Part shown: positions 16,901-26,300 of the stretch, in pieces
Position numbering within the stretch: the stretch's first letter is position 1
Layout: the number at the start of each line of letters is the position of its first letter
Assembly (NCBI GenBank): GCA_036566625.1
Contig: DATCWB010000576.1
Span: forward strand, 1 to 58,483
Reading direction: 5' to 3'
DNA: 58,483 nt
From: Pyrinomonadaceae bacterium
GTDB lineage: Bacteria > Acidobacteriota > Blastocatellia > Pyrinomonadales > Pyrinomonadaceae
Position numbers and translations under genes: made by a program
The notes under the pieces: generated by a model
Seen by the model: only the letters and a program-made list of their open reading frames with translations
Databases searched by the model: none
Told to the model about the DNA's origin: nothing

Positions 16901-19900
16901 GGTCGGCCGCTCGAACCCGATGTATAGATGATGTAAGCGACGTTATCCGGCGTGGCCGCCGATAGCGGATTTGCAAAAGTCGTCGCAGCCAGAGGCAGTT
17001 CGTCCACACAAATCATCTGCGCCGCCGTTTGCGGAAGCCGGACGCTGAGCGATTGACTCGTCAGGATCGCTTTCATCTGCGTCTCCTGCATTATGTTCAG
17101 CAGTCGCCCGGACGGAGCCGACAAGTCCAACGGTACGTAAGTGCCGCCGGACTTGAGAATCGCCAGCATGCTGGCAACGGCTTCCATGCCTCGATCCAGA
17201 TATATACCCACCGCCGCTTCCGGACTGACGACAAACTCTCGCAACTCGGCGGCCAACTGATTTGCCCGGTCATTTAGTTCCGCATAGCTGAACGATGCAT
17301 CGCCAACCTGTACGGCCGTCTCGTCGGGTGTGTGGCGCGCCTGCGCTTCAAAGAGACGCGTGATCGTCGGCTGCGCCGGGGCTGGCGGCCTCGCGGCGTG
17401 GGCGCTGACAATCAGGTGGCGGCGTTCTTCTTCGTCAAGCAAGTTCAATTCGCGCACACGAGCTTCCGGCTGCTCGACCATCGAACTCAGCACATTGCGG
17501 AAATGAGCGGCCTGACGCTCGATTGTCGTTTCGTCAAAGAGATCGGTGTCGTACTCGATCATGCAGGCCAGCCCGTCGGCGGTTTCTTCGATAGACAGCG
17601 TGCAGTCAAACTTTGCCGCAACTGCGCGGGGTTCGACCGGGGATATTTCCAGCGAAGTTTTCCCGAGGTCGGGAGCGGGCGCGTTTTGCAGGACGAGCAT
17701 GACCTGAAAGATCGGCGCGTGTCCGAGGTTGCGCTCGGGGCGCAATTCTTCGACCAACTGCTCAAAGGGAACATCCTGATGGCTGTATGCCTCAACCGCC
17801 GTGCGGCGCACGCGAGCCAGCAGTTCACGAACCGAGGGATCGCCTGATAGATCGATCCGCAGCGGCAACGTGTTGACGAAGAAACCTACCAGCGATACGA
17901 GTTCGGGTCGAACACGATTGGCAATCGGCGACCCGATAACCAGATCGTCGGCTTCGGTGTAACGATGAAGCAGAATCGAATAGGCGGTCAGCAGCGTCAT
18001 AAACAAGGTCGCATCCGACCCCCGGCCGAGTGATACCAGCCGCTCGGCCAGGTCGCCTTCGAGGTGAAACGACAGCACGCGGCCATGATGACGCTGAATC
18101 TTCGGGCGCGGCCGGTCGGTTGGCAATTCGAGTCGCGCCGGGGCTCCGGCCAGCCGGTTGATCCAGAATTCCAACTGCGCCTTGATTACGGAATCGGCCA
18201 GCCATGAGCGTTGCCAAACGGCGTAGTCGGCATATTGAATCGAGAGTTCGGGTAAAGGCGATGGCTGATTTTGTTCAAACGCGGCATATAAAGTGGACAA
18301 TTCATGAATCAACACGCCCAACGACCACTCATCGGAAACGATGTGATGCATCGACATCAGCAGCATGTGCGCGTGCGCGTTCCGGCGGAGCAGGATCGCG
18401 CGGAACAAACAATCGCGCGTCAGATCGAACGGCCGCCGTACTTCGGTTTCAATCCATCTGTCAACTTCCAATGCCTGACTGTCGTCGGCGAGATTTTCGA
18501 GATGGATAATGTCTATGGCAAACTCGCCCGGCGGCGACACGACGACCGCCGGGTCGCCATCTTGTTCGACAAAGTTCGTGCGCAGGACTTCATGCCGCCG
18601 GACAACTTCACGGAAGGCGCTTTCCAAAGCCCCCACATTCAGGTCGCCCTTAAGCTCGACCGCGCCGAACAGGTTGTAGGTCGTACCGGAGCCCTGTAGT
18701 TGATCCAGAAACCACAATCGTCTTTGCGCGAACGACAGAGGCAACGCCATTGCTGTCCGGCGCTCGACAGGACGAATCGGCGGCAGCACAGGCCGCTGGC
18801 CTGCTTCGCGCGAAACGAGCCGGGCTGCCAGTTCGCCGAGTTGAGGCGTGTCAAACAAGCATTGGATAGGCAGTTCGACGGAAAATTTCTCGCGGATTCT
18901 GGATGTCAACTGCGTGGCTAATAAGGAATGCCCGCCCAACTCGAAAAAGTTGTCCCCGACGCCGACGCGCGGCACATCCAGAATCTCCATCCAGATTTCG
19001 GCCAATTGCTGCTCGACTTCCGTCTGCGGCGCAACGTACCGTTCATCAGTTACGACGACATCAAGCGCGGGCAACGCAGCGCGATCGATCTTGCCGTTTG
19101 GCGTCAGCGGAAATCGATCCAGACACACGATGCGCGCCGGAATCATGTAAGCCGGCAACCGCGCGGCGAGCATCCGGCGGACTTCGGACAGCACGATTTT
19201 TTGGCCCGCGCTGCGCGCCGGGTCGTTGGCATACTGTGTCCAGGGACGCGCAACCGCATCCTCGCCGGCTACCACGTCGTGAACACTGGATGCGAGATCG
19301 CCGCTACCAGTGCGGTGGAAGAGAACATCGAAGCGGCGGTCCGGCTCAAACGCAGACCAGCGTACCGAGACGGAGTATCCCAGCGATTCCCCGAGTTGCC
19401 ACGCTTCGTCCGGATCGATGCCGCGCGGAGGCGCGGACGCGATCCGTGATCTCATTTCGCCGACCGAGCCGTTTGCCGAGGGGTCGCCCAGCCATTCCAA
19501 CATGGCTATGTCGGCTGCCAGCCGCCGGTTGAATACGTTCTGAACAAGAATCGTCTCCGGCTCTTTTCGTGTGAGAAGGAGGCGCAGTTCATGGCTGTTT
19601 AGTTCCGTGTTCGACGCGTCCTTTCGAATGATGGCCGGACACCGCACCTGCGCGCGCGGGGCGTTGCGCAGGACAACGTCGTAGCGAAACTTACTCATCT
19701 CGTTGGCGGCGCTGTGGCGTTTCAGTTGAATGTCCACCTGCCCGAGCCGGGGCAACCGCGAACGCAGGGCGCTAAAGAACGCGGGATCGATCAGCAACTC
19801 CTCTTCCCGCTCGGTGGTGGCGGCCACGCGCCGGACGAGTTCTTCGCGCGGGCATTCATCGGCGGCGCGTTGGCATTCTACCGATGCGCGAAAAAGCTCG

Positions 19901-22900
19901 GCCAACGGCAGCGAGCGCACGTCGCCAAGGAAGATCGCGCCGCCGTCCGCAACCGCTTCGAGTGCGGCCTCCAAAACCTTCAGGAGATATTCGACGCCGG
20001 GAAAGTACTGAATCACCGAGTTGAGGATCACGGTATCGAAGACCCGTTCATGGCCGACGACACAAGCAGCTGCGTCACCACGTCGGAGCGTGACGTTTTT
20101 CAGACCCTCGCGATCCACGCTCGCTTGCAGCCTTGCCAGCACCGAACTTGAAATATCGCACCCGGTAAGGGACTCGACGTGCGGCGCGAGGCGGTGCAAC
20201 AGCATCCCCGTACCGCAACCGATTTCCAGCACGCGACGAGGCTCAAGCGCGAGAATCCGCGCCACGGTCTCTTCCAACCACGCTCTCATCTCATCCTGCG
20301 GCACGGGTCGGCCGGTATAACTGCTGATCCAGCCCGAAGTGTCGAACAGTTCGTCGTGTTCCTCTACTCCCCTTTCGTAAATCTGATCCCAGACCGTCCG
20401 CCATTTGTCGATCTGTCCTTCGGCCAGAACGTCTTGATTGCCTTTGGGATGCCCTGTTTCAGGATCGTATTCGAGATAAGCCACCAGTTGCTGTCGCCCC
20501 GGTTGATCTTCTCGACACACGACGACGGAATTACGCACGGCCGGATGCTCGTCCAACACCGTTTCGATCTCGCCCAACTCGATGCGGAAGCCACGGAGTT
20601 TGATCTGATGATCGACGCGCCCGATGAACTCGATGTTTCCCTCCGGCCGGTATCGGCAAAGGTCGCCGGTTTTGTACATCCGCGTGCCGGGCTTGCCGAA
20701 TGGATTTGGCAGGAACACGGCCGCCGTCAGATCAGGCCGCCGGTTGTATCCGCGCGCGACACCCGCCCCTGCGATGAAGAGTTCACCGGGCACGCCAACC
20801 GGGACAGGTTGCAGCTTTTGGTCGAGAATGTAGATTTGCGTATTGGCTATCGGTCGTCCGATGGACTCCTTCGCGTCCCGGGCAGTGTTCGCGGCATCCA
20901 GTGATTCAATTCTTGAAGCGGACGACCAGATGGTCGTCTCTGTGGGGCCATAAAGGTTCCAAAGTTCCACCCGCTTGGCAATCAAACGGGAAGCCAGTTC
21001 ATGCGAAAGGGCTTCGCCGCCGCAGAAGACCCTTTTTAAAGGCAGCCCGTGCCAGTCGGCGGCGAGCAACATCTGCCAGGTGGCGGGGGTGGCCTGCATC
21101 ACGTTCGCGCCCGAGCGGCGGAGCGCTTCGCAGAGCCTAAAGCCGTCCGCGGCCGTTTCCTGAGAGACGATCTCCACGCGTGCGCCGACGATTAACGCCA
21201 GGAACAATTCCAGAGCCGCAATGTCGAACGAGATGGTGGTGACGGCGAGCAGAACATCGTCTCTGGTCAGCCCCGGCTGTTCGCGCATCGAGCACAAGAA
21301 ATTGACGAGCGCCCGGTGTGATATTTGAACTCCCTTTGGCGTGCCGGTCGATCCCGACGTGTAGATGATGTAAGCCAGATTCTCGGGATACGCGATTGCT
21401 CGTCGCGCGCTGGAGGGCGGCGCGGCGGCGATTCGACTCCAGTCCCTATCGAGGAACACCCGGATTGCCGGCGTGTCCGGCAAGACCGGCGACGCATCTT
21501 CCGTCGTGATAATGACCGACAGCCCTGCATTTTCAATCATCAATGCCAGTCGCTCACCGGGGAAGGCCGGGTCTAAGGGCACATAAGCACCACCGGCTTT
21601 CAGAATTCCCAACAGTCCGACGACCATCTCGACGGAACGCGGGACACATAGGCCGACCGGCGACTCCGGCGCAATGCCCAGCGATTTGAGGTACGCCGCC
21701 AATTGGCCTGCCCGCTCGTCGAGAGTCGCATAACTGAGTTGGGTGTTTCCGTAAACCAAGGCGACGCGTTCAGGGTCAAGGTCGGCCTGTTCTTCAAACA
21801 ACTGCACCACGGTTTCCGACTCCGGCACGCTTCGTTCCGTGTTGTTCCAGCGCACCAGCAGCGTTTCCCGCTCTGCCTCGGTCAATACGGCCAGCCGCGA
21901 AACCGCGCAGTCAGGATCATGACGCATCGCGTCAAGGATTAATTGATAGTGGCCGATGAGCCGTTCGATAGTGGCACGGTCGAACAGGTCTGTATTGAAC
22001 TCAAGCTCGCCTTCGAGCAGTCCGCCGCGCTCGCGCAGCTTGAGCGTCATGTCGAACATTGACGTACCGGCTTCGACTTCAATCTCCTCCAGCCTGACGC
22101 CGGGCAGCCGCAAGTCGTCCAACGGCGCGTTCTGCAAGATAAACATGACCTGAAAGATCGGCGAGAATCCCAGGTTTCTCGCGGGCTGGAGTTCCTCAAC
22201 CAAACGCTCGAAGGGCACGTCCTGATTGCGAAACGCGCCTATCGCGGTCTCCTTAACGCGTGCAATCAGTTCTCGGACATTCGGGTCGCCGGAGAAGTTC
22301 GTCCGCAGCGCCAACGTGTTGACGAAGAAGCCGATCAGTGGTTCCAGTTCCTTACGGCCGCGATTGGCGACGGGCGTGCCGACCACGAGCGAATCCTGAC
22401 GGCTGTATCGCCACAAGAGGGTGGCGAAACCTGCGAACAAAACCATGAACAGCGAAGCGTCGAATTGGCGGCTGAGCGCCTTCAAAGCGCTCAATCGCTC
22501 GCCATCGATCCTGAAGCGCAGCGTGCTGCCGCGAAACGTCTGCAAGGGCGGGCGTGGGCGGTCAGTCGGCAATGCCAGCAGGGACGGTGCGCCGGCCAAT
22601 TGCCCGCGCCAGTATTCAATCTGGCCTTCCAGTTGCGAACCGGCCAACCATCGTCTCTGCCACTCGGCGAAGTCCGCATACTGGATCGGCAATTCCGCCA
22701 ACGGGCTTGCTTCGCCGCGCGACAGCGCGCTATACAGCGTAACCATTTCCTTGACGATCACTCCCAGCGACCAGCCGTCGGCGACGATGTGATGCATGTT
22801 GATCAGCATCACATGGTACATGGGTTCGAAACGCAGGATTTGGATACGCAGCAATCGATCGTGTTCAAGGTCAAACGGCCGCCCGGCATCTTGTCGCGAC

Positions 22901-23313
22901 CGCCGACAGACCTCCTCTTCCCTCTGTGCATCGTCCAGACCCGGCAACTCGACGAGCGAAAGATAGCCTCGTAGCTCGTCGTGAATTACTTGTACGGGTT
23001 TGCCGTCCACCTGTGTGAAGTTTGTGCGCAGCGCTTCATGGCGGCGGATAATCTCGGCCAGCGCCGATTCCAAAACGCCGATATTTAGCTCTCCGAACAG
23101 GCGGAAGGCATTCGGCATGTTGTAGGTGGCGTTAGGCCCTTCCAACTGGTCAAGGAACCACAACCGCTGTTGCGCAGAGGACAGCGCGGGTGGTTCGTCG
23201 GCAGACCGGCGGGGAATGACATCCGCCGCCGCCTCTCCCTTTTCCAGCATCTTCTGCAACAGGGCGCGCTTGGCCGGTGACAGCGACGACAATCGTTTGG
23301 CTAAGTCACTCAT
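10987..23313 (-). CDS. trimodular NRPS: C-A(N-MT)-T-C-A-T-E-C-A-T (4108 aa)
   Basis: Three C domains (MHHIVADGWS, MHHIVSDEWS, SHHHLLTDGW) and three A domains (YTSGSTGTPKG, YTSGSSGRPKG, YTSGSTGKPKG). A SAM-MT is inserted between A8 and A9 of the first A domain. Three carriers (GGHSL, GGDSI, GGHSL) and one E domain (HHLVVDGVSW). ATG start at 23313. Confidence 0.95.
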   Translation of the reverse strand: MSDLAKRLSSLSPAKRALLQKMLEKGEAAADVIPRRSADEPPALSSAQQRLWFLDQLEGPNATYNMPNAFRLFGELNIGVLESALAEIIRRHEALRTNFTQVDGKPVQVIHDELRGYLSLVELPGLDDAQREEEVCRRSRQDAGRPFDLEHDRLLRIQILRFEPMYHVMLINMHHIVADGWSLGVIVKEMVTLYSALSRGEASPLAELPIQYADFAEWQRRWLAGSQLEGQIEYWRGQLAGAPSLLALPTDRPRPPLQTFRGSTLRFRIDGERLSALKALSRQFDASLFMVLFAGFATLLWRYSRQDSLVVGTPVANRGRKELEPLIGFFVNTLALRTNFSGDPNVRELIARVKETAIGAFRNQDVPFERLVEELQPARNLGFSPIFQVMFILQNAPLDDLRLPGVRLEEIEVEAGTSMFDMTLKLRERGGLLEGELEFNTDLFDRATIERLIGHYQLILDAMRHDPDCAVSRLAVLTEAERETLLVRWNNTERSVPESETVVQLFEEQADLDPERVALVYGNTQLSYATLDERAGQLAAYLKSLGIAPESPVGLCVPRSVEMVVGLLGILKAGGAYVPLDPAFPGERLALMIENAGLSVIITTEDASPVLPDTPAIRVFLDRDWSRIAAAPPSSARRAIAYPENLAYIIYTSGSTGTPKGVQISHRALVNFLCSMREQPGLTRDDVLLAVTTISFDIAALELFLALIVGARVEIVSQETAADGFRLCEALRRSGANVMQATPATWQMLLAADWHGLPLKRVFCGGEALSHELASRLIAKRVELWNLYGPTETTIWSSASRIESLDAANTARDAKESIGRPIANTQIYILDQKLQPVPVGVPGELFIAGAGVARGYNRRPDLTAAVFLPNPFGKPGTRMYKTGDLCRYRPEGNIEFIGRVDHQIKLRGFRIELGEIETVLDEHPAVRNSVVVCREDQPGRQQLVAYLEYDPETGHPKGNQDVLAEGQIDKWRTVWDQIYERGVEEHDELFDTSGWISSYTGRPVPQDEMRAWLEETVARILALEPRRVLEIGCGTGMLLHRLAPHVESLTGCDISSSVLARLQASVDREGLKNVTLRRGDAAACVVGHERVFDTVILNSVIQYFPGVEYLLKVLEAALEAVADGGAIFLGDVRSLPLAELFRASVECQRAADECPREELVRRVAATTEREEELLIDPAFFSALRSRLPRLGQVDIQLKRHSAANEMSKFRYDVVLRNAPRAQVRCPAIIRKDASNTELNSHELRLLLTRKEPETILVQNVFNRRLAADIAMLEWLGDPSANGSVGEMRSRIASAPPRGIDPDEAWQLGESLGYSVSVRWSAFEPDRRFDVLFHRTGSGDLASSVHDVVAGEDAVARPWTQYANDPARSAGQKIVLSEVRRMLAARLPAYMIPARIVCLDRFPLTPNGKIDRAALPALDVVVTDERYVAPQTEVEQQLAEIWMEILDVPRVGVGDNFFELGGHSLLATQLTSRIREKFSVELPIQCLFDTPQLGELAARLVSREAGQRPVLPPIRPVERRTAMALPLSFAQRRLWFLDQLQGSGTTYNLFGAVELKGDLNVGALESAFREVVRRHEVLRTNFVEQDGDPAVVVSPPGEFAIDIIHLENLADDSQALEVDRWIETEVRRPFDLTRDCLFRAILLRRNAHAHMLLMSMHHIVSDEWSLGVLIHELSTLYAAFEQNQPSPLPELSIQYADYAVWQRSWLADSVIKAQLEFWINRLAGAPARLELPTDRPRPKIQRHHGRVLSFHLEGDLAERLVSLGRGSDATLFMTLLTAYSILLHRYTEADDLVIGSPIANRVRPELVSLVGFFVNTLPLRIDLSGDPSVRELLARVRRTAVEAYSHQDVPFEQLVEELRPERNLGHAPIFQVMLVLQNAPAPDLGKTSLEISPVEPRAVAAKFDCTLSIEETADGLACMIEYDTDLFDETTIERQAAHFRNVLSSMVEQPEARVRELNLLDEEERRHLIVSAHAARPPAPAQPTITRLFEAQARHTPDETAVQVGDASFSYAELNDRANQLAAELREFVVSPEAAVGIYLDRGMEAVASMLAILKSGGTYVPLDLSAPSGRLLNIMQETQMKAILTSQSLSVRLPQTAAQMICVDELPLAATTFANPLSAATPDNVAYIIYTSGSSGRPKGVMVTHDNLLCSVTARMQYYDEPMLRLFSTLSFAFDAGNAAVFWALCRGARLIVGSEDLALQPEKLVKLLGESRCSHLITGPALYGAILDLADADQLSSLRTVVLGGEPLARSLAVRHAATAPQATLHNEYGPTETTMWSSVSRVALDSDETPTIGNAVPGCRLYVLDQHLQPVPTGVPGELYIGGRQVARGYLGQPRLTAERFVPDPFANEPGLRLYRSGDLVRFRSNGELEFLGRADNQVKIRGYRIELGEIESALRQHGKIREVAVIVQVDDSTGSKRLCAYCVRADHGELQTADLQSYLKTKLPDYMMPAAYLFVDELPLTANGKVDRRALPAAEIRNSFAGYTAPRTPTEQLLANIWQEVLGAGRVGIYDNFFELGGDSILSIQIISRVNRAGLGLTVKQLFEWQTIAELAQAAPERRTIHAEQGIITGCAPLTPIQRWFFEGRSPDPHHCNQAVLLLAAKQLDARLTEESIHHLLLHHDALRSRFDLNRDDPRMEFNGGGFQIPFAVCDLSHLESADARAALTADAERQQRSLHLSEGTLLRSVLYRMGHGEPDRLLLVIHHLVVDGVSWRILLEDFATVYGHLSRRQSVRLPEKTTSFRHWAERLQGYAAGAEAAAELDYWREVMSVPVMPLPRDHERDISSNTRESADEVVVQLSKPLTQALLTSVPEAYHTQINDVLLAALMRCISNWTGDDIMRIVLEGHGREELFDDVDLSRTVGVFTSFFPVVLSRPPGDRRGDTLKRVKEQLRAAPQRGIRFGLLKYLSPSVGEENPLKREPTAEISFNYLGRFDGESRNSVFTGLATESAGMTQSPAGMRRYTLEINGIVNESQLELSWNFSTNLHERKTIEAVAADFIRELELLIEHCTDARNGGYTASDFPLALPDDEMLETLFRRWGRRVDDVYPLAPMQQGMLFHSLFEQNTGVDLIQLSCRIEGDLQPQAFRQCWQQVLDRHPALRTSFLAGNGNDPLQLVLDRVELPWEEFDWRELSESQAERRLTTLLQEDRLRGFTIDEPPLMRCALIRLDANLYQFVWSHHHLLTDGWCLPILLKEAMDIYEGLSAGHHTRLDKRRPFRDYIEWLARQDEDAAASFWRDNLEGFTSPTPLGIERVSAEPEQARRFPTCSLNLSAETTRLLQRLAQSRRLTLSILVQGAWSVLLSRYSDSTDVVYGATVSGRPPEIADVDSMIGLFINTLPVRVKVFDDEPVVEFLTRLQNEQIAREPFAHAPLARIQTWSQVAAPDPLFESVVVFENYPMDESLGQVGGSFTVREFELFEQTNLPITLMTAPAESLPLKIAYDSQRFDHESVGRMLAHLAHLLASLADDPERTVASWPMMPEQERRLLLNDWNNTRSPAAVGDSSLASLFEMQVERTPTNVAVVFGERKLTYEELNQRANQLARQLGELGVGLECRVGIFMERSLEMLVGLLAVNKIGAAYVPMDPAFPVDRLSHMLEDAQVSLVLTQPHLLELVPESKAEILCLEGDCRRLSAFANLNPDVPTCAASPAYIIYTSGSTGKPKGVAVSGAALANLLLSMREKPGLAERDVLLAVTTISFDIAALELFLPLVTGATLVIADRETVHDGAALLNEIRRSGVTVMQATPVTWRLLLEAEWHGTPLVRALCGGEALARELAARLLATGVELWNMYGPTETTIWSAVHQVAHDGVTEATEPIGRPINNTQLYVVDRQMRPVPVGVAGELYIGGEGLALGYVGRGDLTAEKFIPDPFGVTPGARLYRTGDLARYRADGSLVFLGRLDAQVKVRGFRIELGEIEAALNDRPEVGQSVVVARPGSHGETDLIAYLVTADGADIDLEALRESLGRTLPQYMIPVHFVFLSDFPLTPNGKVNRAALPAPDQAKRETYIAPRTMTEERLAAIWADAFQLECIGIDDSFFDLGGHSLLAAKVVGRIRASLKVAVPIPLLFRQPTIRRISEFIDNNLWAASQGDHPVSAMETDTEEVIL
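11068..14181 (-). other. NRPS module 9: C(post-E)-A-T, Gly code
   Basis: C 12859-14181 (SHHHLLTDGW; it follows an E domain, so a DCL type is expected). A 11314-12801, code DILQLGMIWK (Gly-type). T 11068-11286 (Ser4046). The acidic C-terminal tail is SAMETDTEEVIL. Confidence 0.8.
14254..18750 (-). other. NRPS module 8: C-A-T-E
   Basis: C 17419-18750 (HHIVSDE variant). A 15880-17361, code DAAIVGEMWK (no match I recognise). T 15634-15852 (GGDSI form typical of carriers that feed E domains; Ser2523). E 14254-15606 (HHLVVDGVSW). Confidence 0.8.
18814..23190 (-). other. NRPS module 7: C-A(N-MT)-T, Gly-like code
   Basis: C 21874-23190. A 19069-21831 is interrupted by an N-MT at 19219-20421 (VLEIGCGTG at nt 20206-20235; VILNSVIQYFP; NEMSKFRYDVV). 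The insertion lies between A8 (GRVDHQIKLRGFRIELGEIE) and A9/A10 (LPAYMIP, PLTPNGKIDR). Code DILQFGLIWK versus Gly DILQLGLIWK. T 18814-19035 (Ser1463). Confidence 0.8.
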
Positions 23314-23373
23314 GCTCGATGACAGTTCATTCAGAGGGCGATTTCGTTAATCCACTATCGTTGACACGGGGAT

Positions 23374-26300
23374 TTACAATGTCCCCGCTGAAGGCGGAAG
23401 CTCGGAGAGCTTAGATTCAGCCTGTTCGTCAGTCATGTTCTCCAAGCCTTCAAGTAGTTGTGCGAGTTCGTCGTAGTCGTGGCCTTCAAGTGTCTGTTCG
23501 AGCCACACCGCGGACAGTTCGGCGATCGTTTGATTCTGGAATAAATCGTTCAACTCCAGCCTGGCTCCATACCCCTGTCTCAAACGCGCAAGGATTTGCG
23601 TCGCCAGCAGCGAGTGACCGCCCAGATCGAAAAAATTGTCGTGGATGCCGATCCTGGATACTCCCAGTAACTCCTGCCAGATTTCGGCCAACACCGTTTC
23701 CTGCTCGTTGCTCGGCGCAACATATTCGCAACCGAGATCGGGGCGTTCATGACGCGGCAGTGTGTCATCACCGATGGGCATATCGTTTAGCTCAGGGCTG
23801 TCTTGTGGAGCAGCCAGCAAAACCGCTGAGCGCGTGGCGACGGTTTGCTCAGGTTTGCGTGGTTCGATCCAATATCGCTGTCGCTGAAACGGATACGTCG
23901 GCAAAGGAATTCGTCGGCGACGCTCGTCTCGGTAGTAGCTCGGCCAATCAACCGGCGCGCCCGACAACCAGAGTTGCCCCAGGGTCGCCAGTAGGAACTG
24001 CTGATCGTCTACTGTCTCAGTGGCGTGGGGCAAAGTCGTGTGACATTGAGGCTGGGGCACTGCGCCGATCTGCCTAGCTAGCCCAGTTAAGACCCGACCC
24101 GGCCCGACTTCCAACAGGATGTAAGGCAACTCGGCCAGCAGGGTTTTGAGTCCCGCCGAGAAGCGCACGGTGTTTCGCAAGTGATCAGACCAATAGGCCG
24201 GCCGAACCGCATCTTGCGCGTTGATCCAATCCCCGGTGAGATTTGAAATAAAAGGAATCTGCGGCGGGCTTAGGCGAATGCTCTCCATTGCCTGCTGAAA
24301 CGGCTTGAGCATCGGTTCCATCATCGAAGAGTGAAAAGCATGCGAGGTGTAGAGCCGCTTGCAGATCAAATTCCGTTCGTTAAGCCGCGCCTCAAACTCT
24401 TCCGCGGCGGCGACGGAGCCTGAAACAATGCACATTGATTGGCTGTTGACCGCGGCGATCTCAAGCAGCCCTGCAACCAGCGGCCGAACCTCATCTTCGG
24501 GGAGCGACACGGCCAACATCACGCCCGGTTGCATGGACTGCATCAAACGCCCGCGCGCCGCGACGATCTTCAGCGCATCCGGCAACGAGAAAACACCCGC
24601 GAGACAGGCCGCTACGTATTCACCGATACTGTGCCCGATCATCGCCGCCGGCCGGATGCCCCAACTGTGCCACAGCTTAGCCAGAGAATACTCGACCGCG
24701 AACAGCGACGGCTGGGCAACGGCGGTCTGTTGCAGTTCGGCGTCGTCCGCCTCTGCCGGTTCCGCAAACAGGATTCTTCTCAAGTCGCGCCCCAGTTCCG
24801 GCTCCAATAGTTCGGCACAGCGATCAATTTCTTCGCGGAATGTCTGTTCTCGTTCGTAGAGATCACGCGCCATTCCCGGATACTGGCTGCCCTGTCCGGG
24901 GAACATGAAGGCGATGCTTTGGGCGTTGTCCGCCACACCCGTCCGGATGCGCTTCGACTCTTCGAGCGCGGCGATTGCCTCGGGAACGCTAGTGGCGGAT
25001 AAAACCGCTCGCCGATTAAACGTTCGCCGGCCGAGTTGAAGCGTGTAGGCCACGTCGGGCAGGTTGGCGTGAGGGTGCGACCTGAGATGATTCGCCAGCC
25101 GCCGGATGGAATCCTCAAGAGCCGAGGGTGTTCTGGCCGACAACATCAAAAGCTGATGGGGACGTGAAGGAGCAACTGCCTGCTCGGTCGGCGCTTCTTC
25201 GATGATCGCGTGTGCGTTCGTTCCGCCGACGCCAAACGAACTGATTCCTGCGCGGCGCGGATGATGCTCGCCGCGCGGCCATTCTTTTAGCTGACTGACG
25301 ACATAAAACGGACTCTCTTCCAGACGGAGCTTGGGATTTGGCAGTTGGAAATGAAGGCTCGGCGCAAGTTGACCGTGTCTCATCCCCAGCACGATTTTCA
25401 TTAGACCCGCCAGGCCGGCCGCGGTATCGGCGTGGCCGATGTTCGATTTTACCGAACCCAATCCGCAATAGCCCATTCGCTGCGTGCTTTTGCGAAACGC
25501 ATGTGTCAGCCCTTCAACTTCAATCGGATCGCCCAGCGGTGTGGCCGTTCCGTGTGCTTCGACGTAGGAAATCGTATCGGGGTCTACCCCGGCTATTTCC
25601 AGCGCTTCGCAGATGACTGCGGTCTGGCCTTCGATACTTGGCGCCGTATAACCAACTTTCTCACGGCCATCATTATTGACGGCCGTTCCCTTCACCACCG
25701 CGTAGATGGTGTCGCCGGCGGCGCGTGCGTCATCCAAACGTTTAAGCACTACGGTCGCCACTCCGTTGCCGTCAATCAATCCACTGGGCGTGGCATCGAA
25801 CGGGCGACAACGCCCGTCAGGTGAATAGGCCGCGCCGGCTTCATAGATGTGACCCACCTTTTGCGGGAAGTGCACGGTGACCGCGCCAACCAGAGCCATG
25901 TCGGATTGGTGAGTCAGCAGATTCTGGCAGGCGAAATGGAGTGAGACCAGAGACGAAGAACACGCGGTACTAATGTTGACGCCGACGCCTTTCAGGTTCA
26001 TGGCATAGGCGATACGAGTGGCGACAAAATCCTTGTCGTTGCAGATAGACAGGTGAAAGCCGCCGACCTTAAGCGCGAGACCGGGGTGCGAGCAAATATT
26101 AAACGGCAGATAAGTGTTCAGCCCGGTGCTCGTAAATACTGAAATCCGGCCGTCGTATTTCTCGGAATCGTAACCCGCGTCTTCCAGCGCTTCCCAGGCG
26201 CATTCCATCAGTAAGCGATGTTGCGGGTCCATCAGCTCGGCTTCGCGGGGAGAGATTCCAAAAAACGCGGCGTCAAACATATCCGCATCATCCAGAACTC

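Noticed and set aside
23361-23380. TTGACA and TACAAT hexamers in the intergenic gap between the KS-AT-T gene and the trimodular NRPS gene.
   Set aside because: They are on the plus strand, opposite to the genes, and are separated by only 8 nt.
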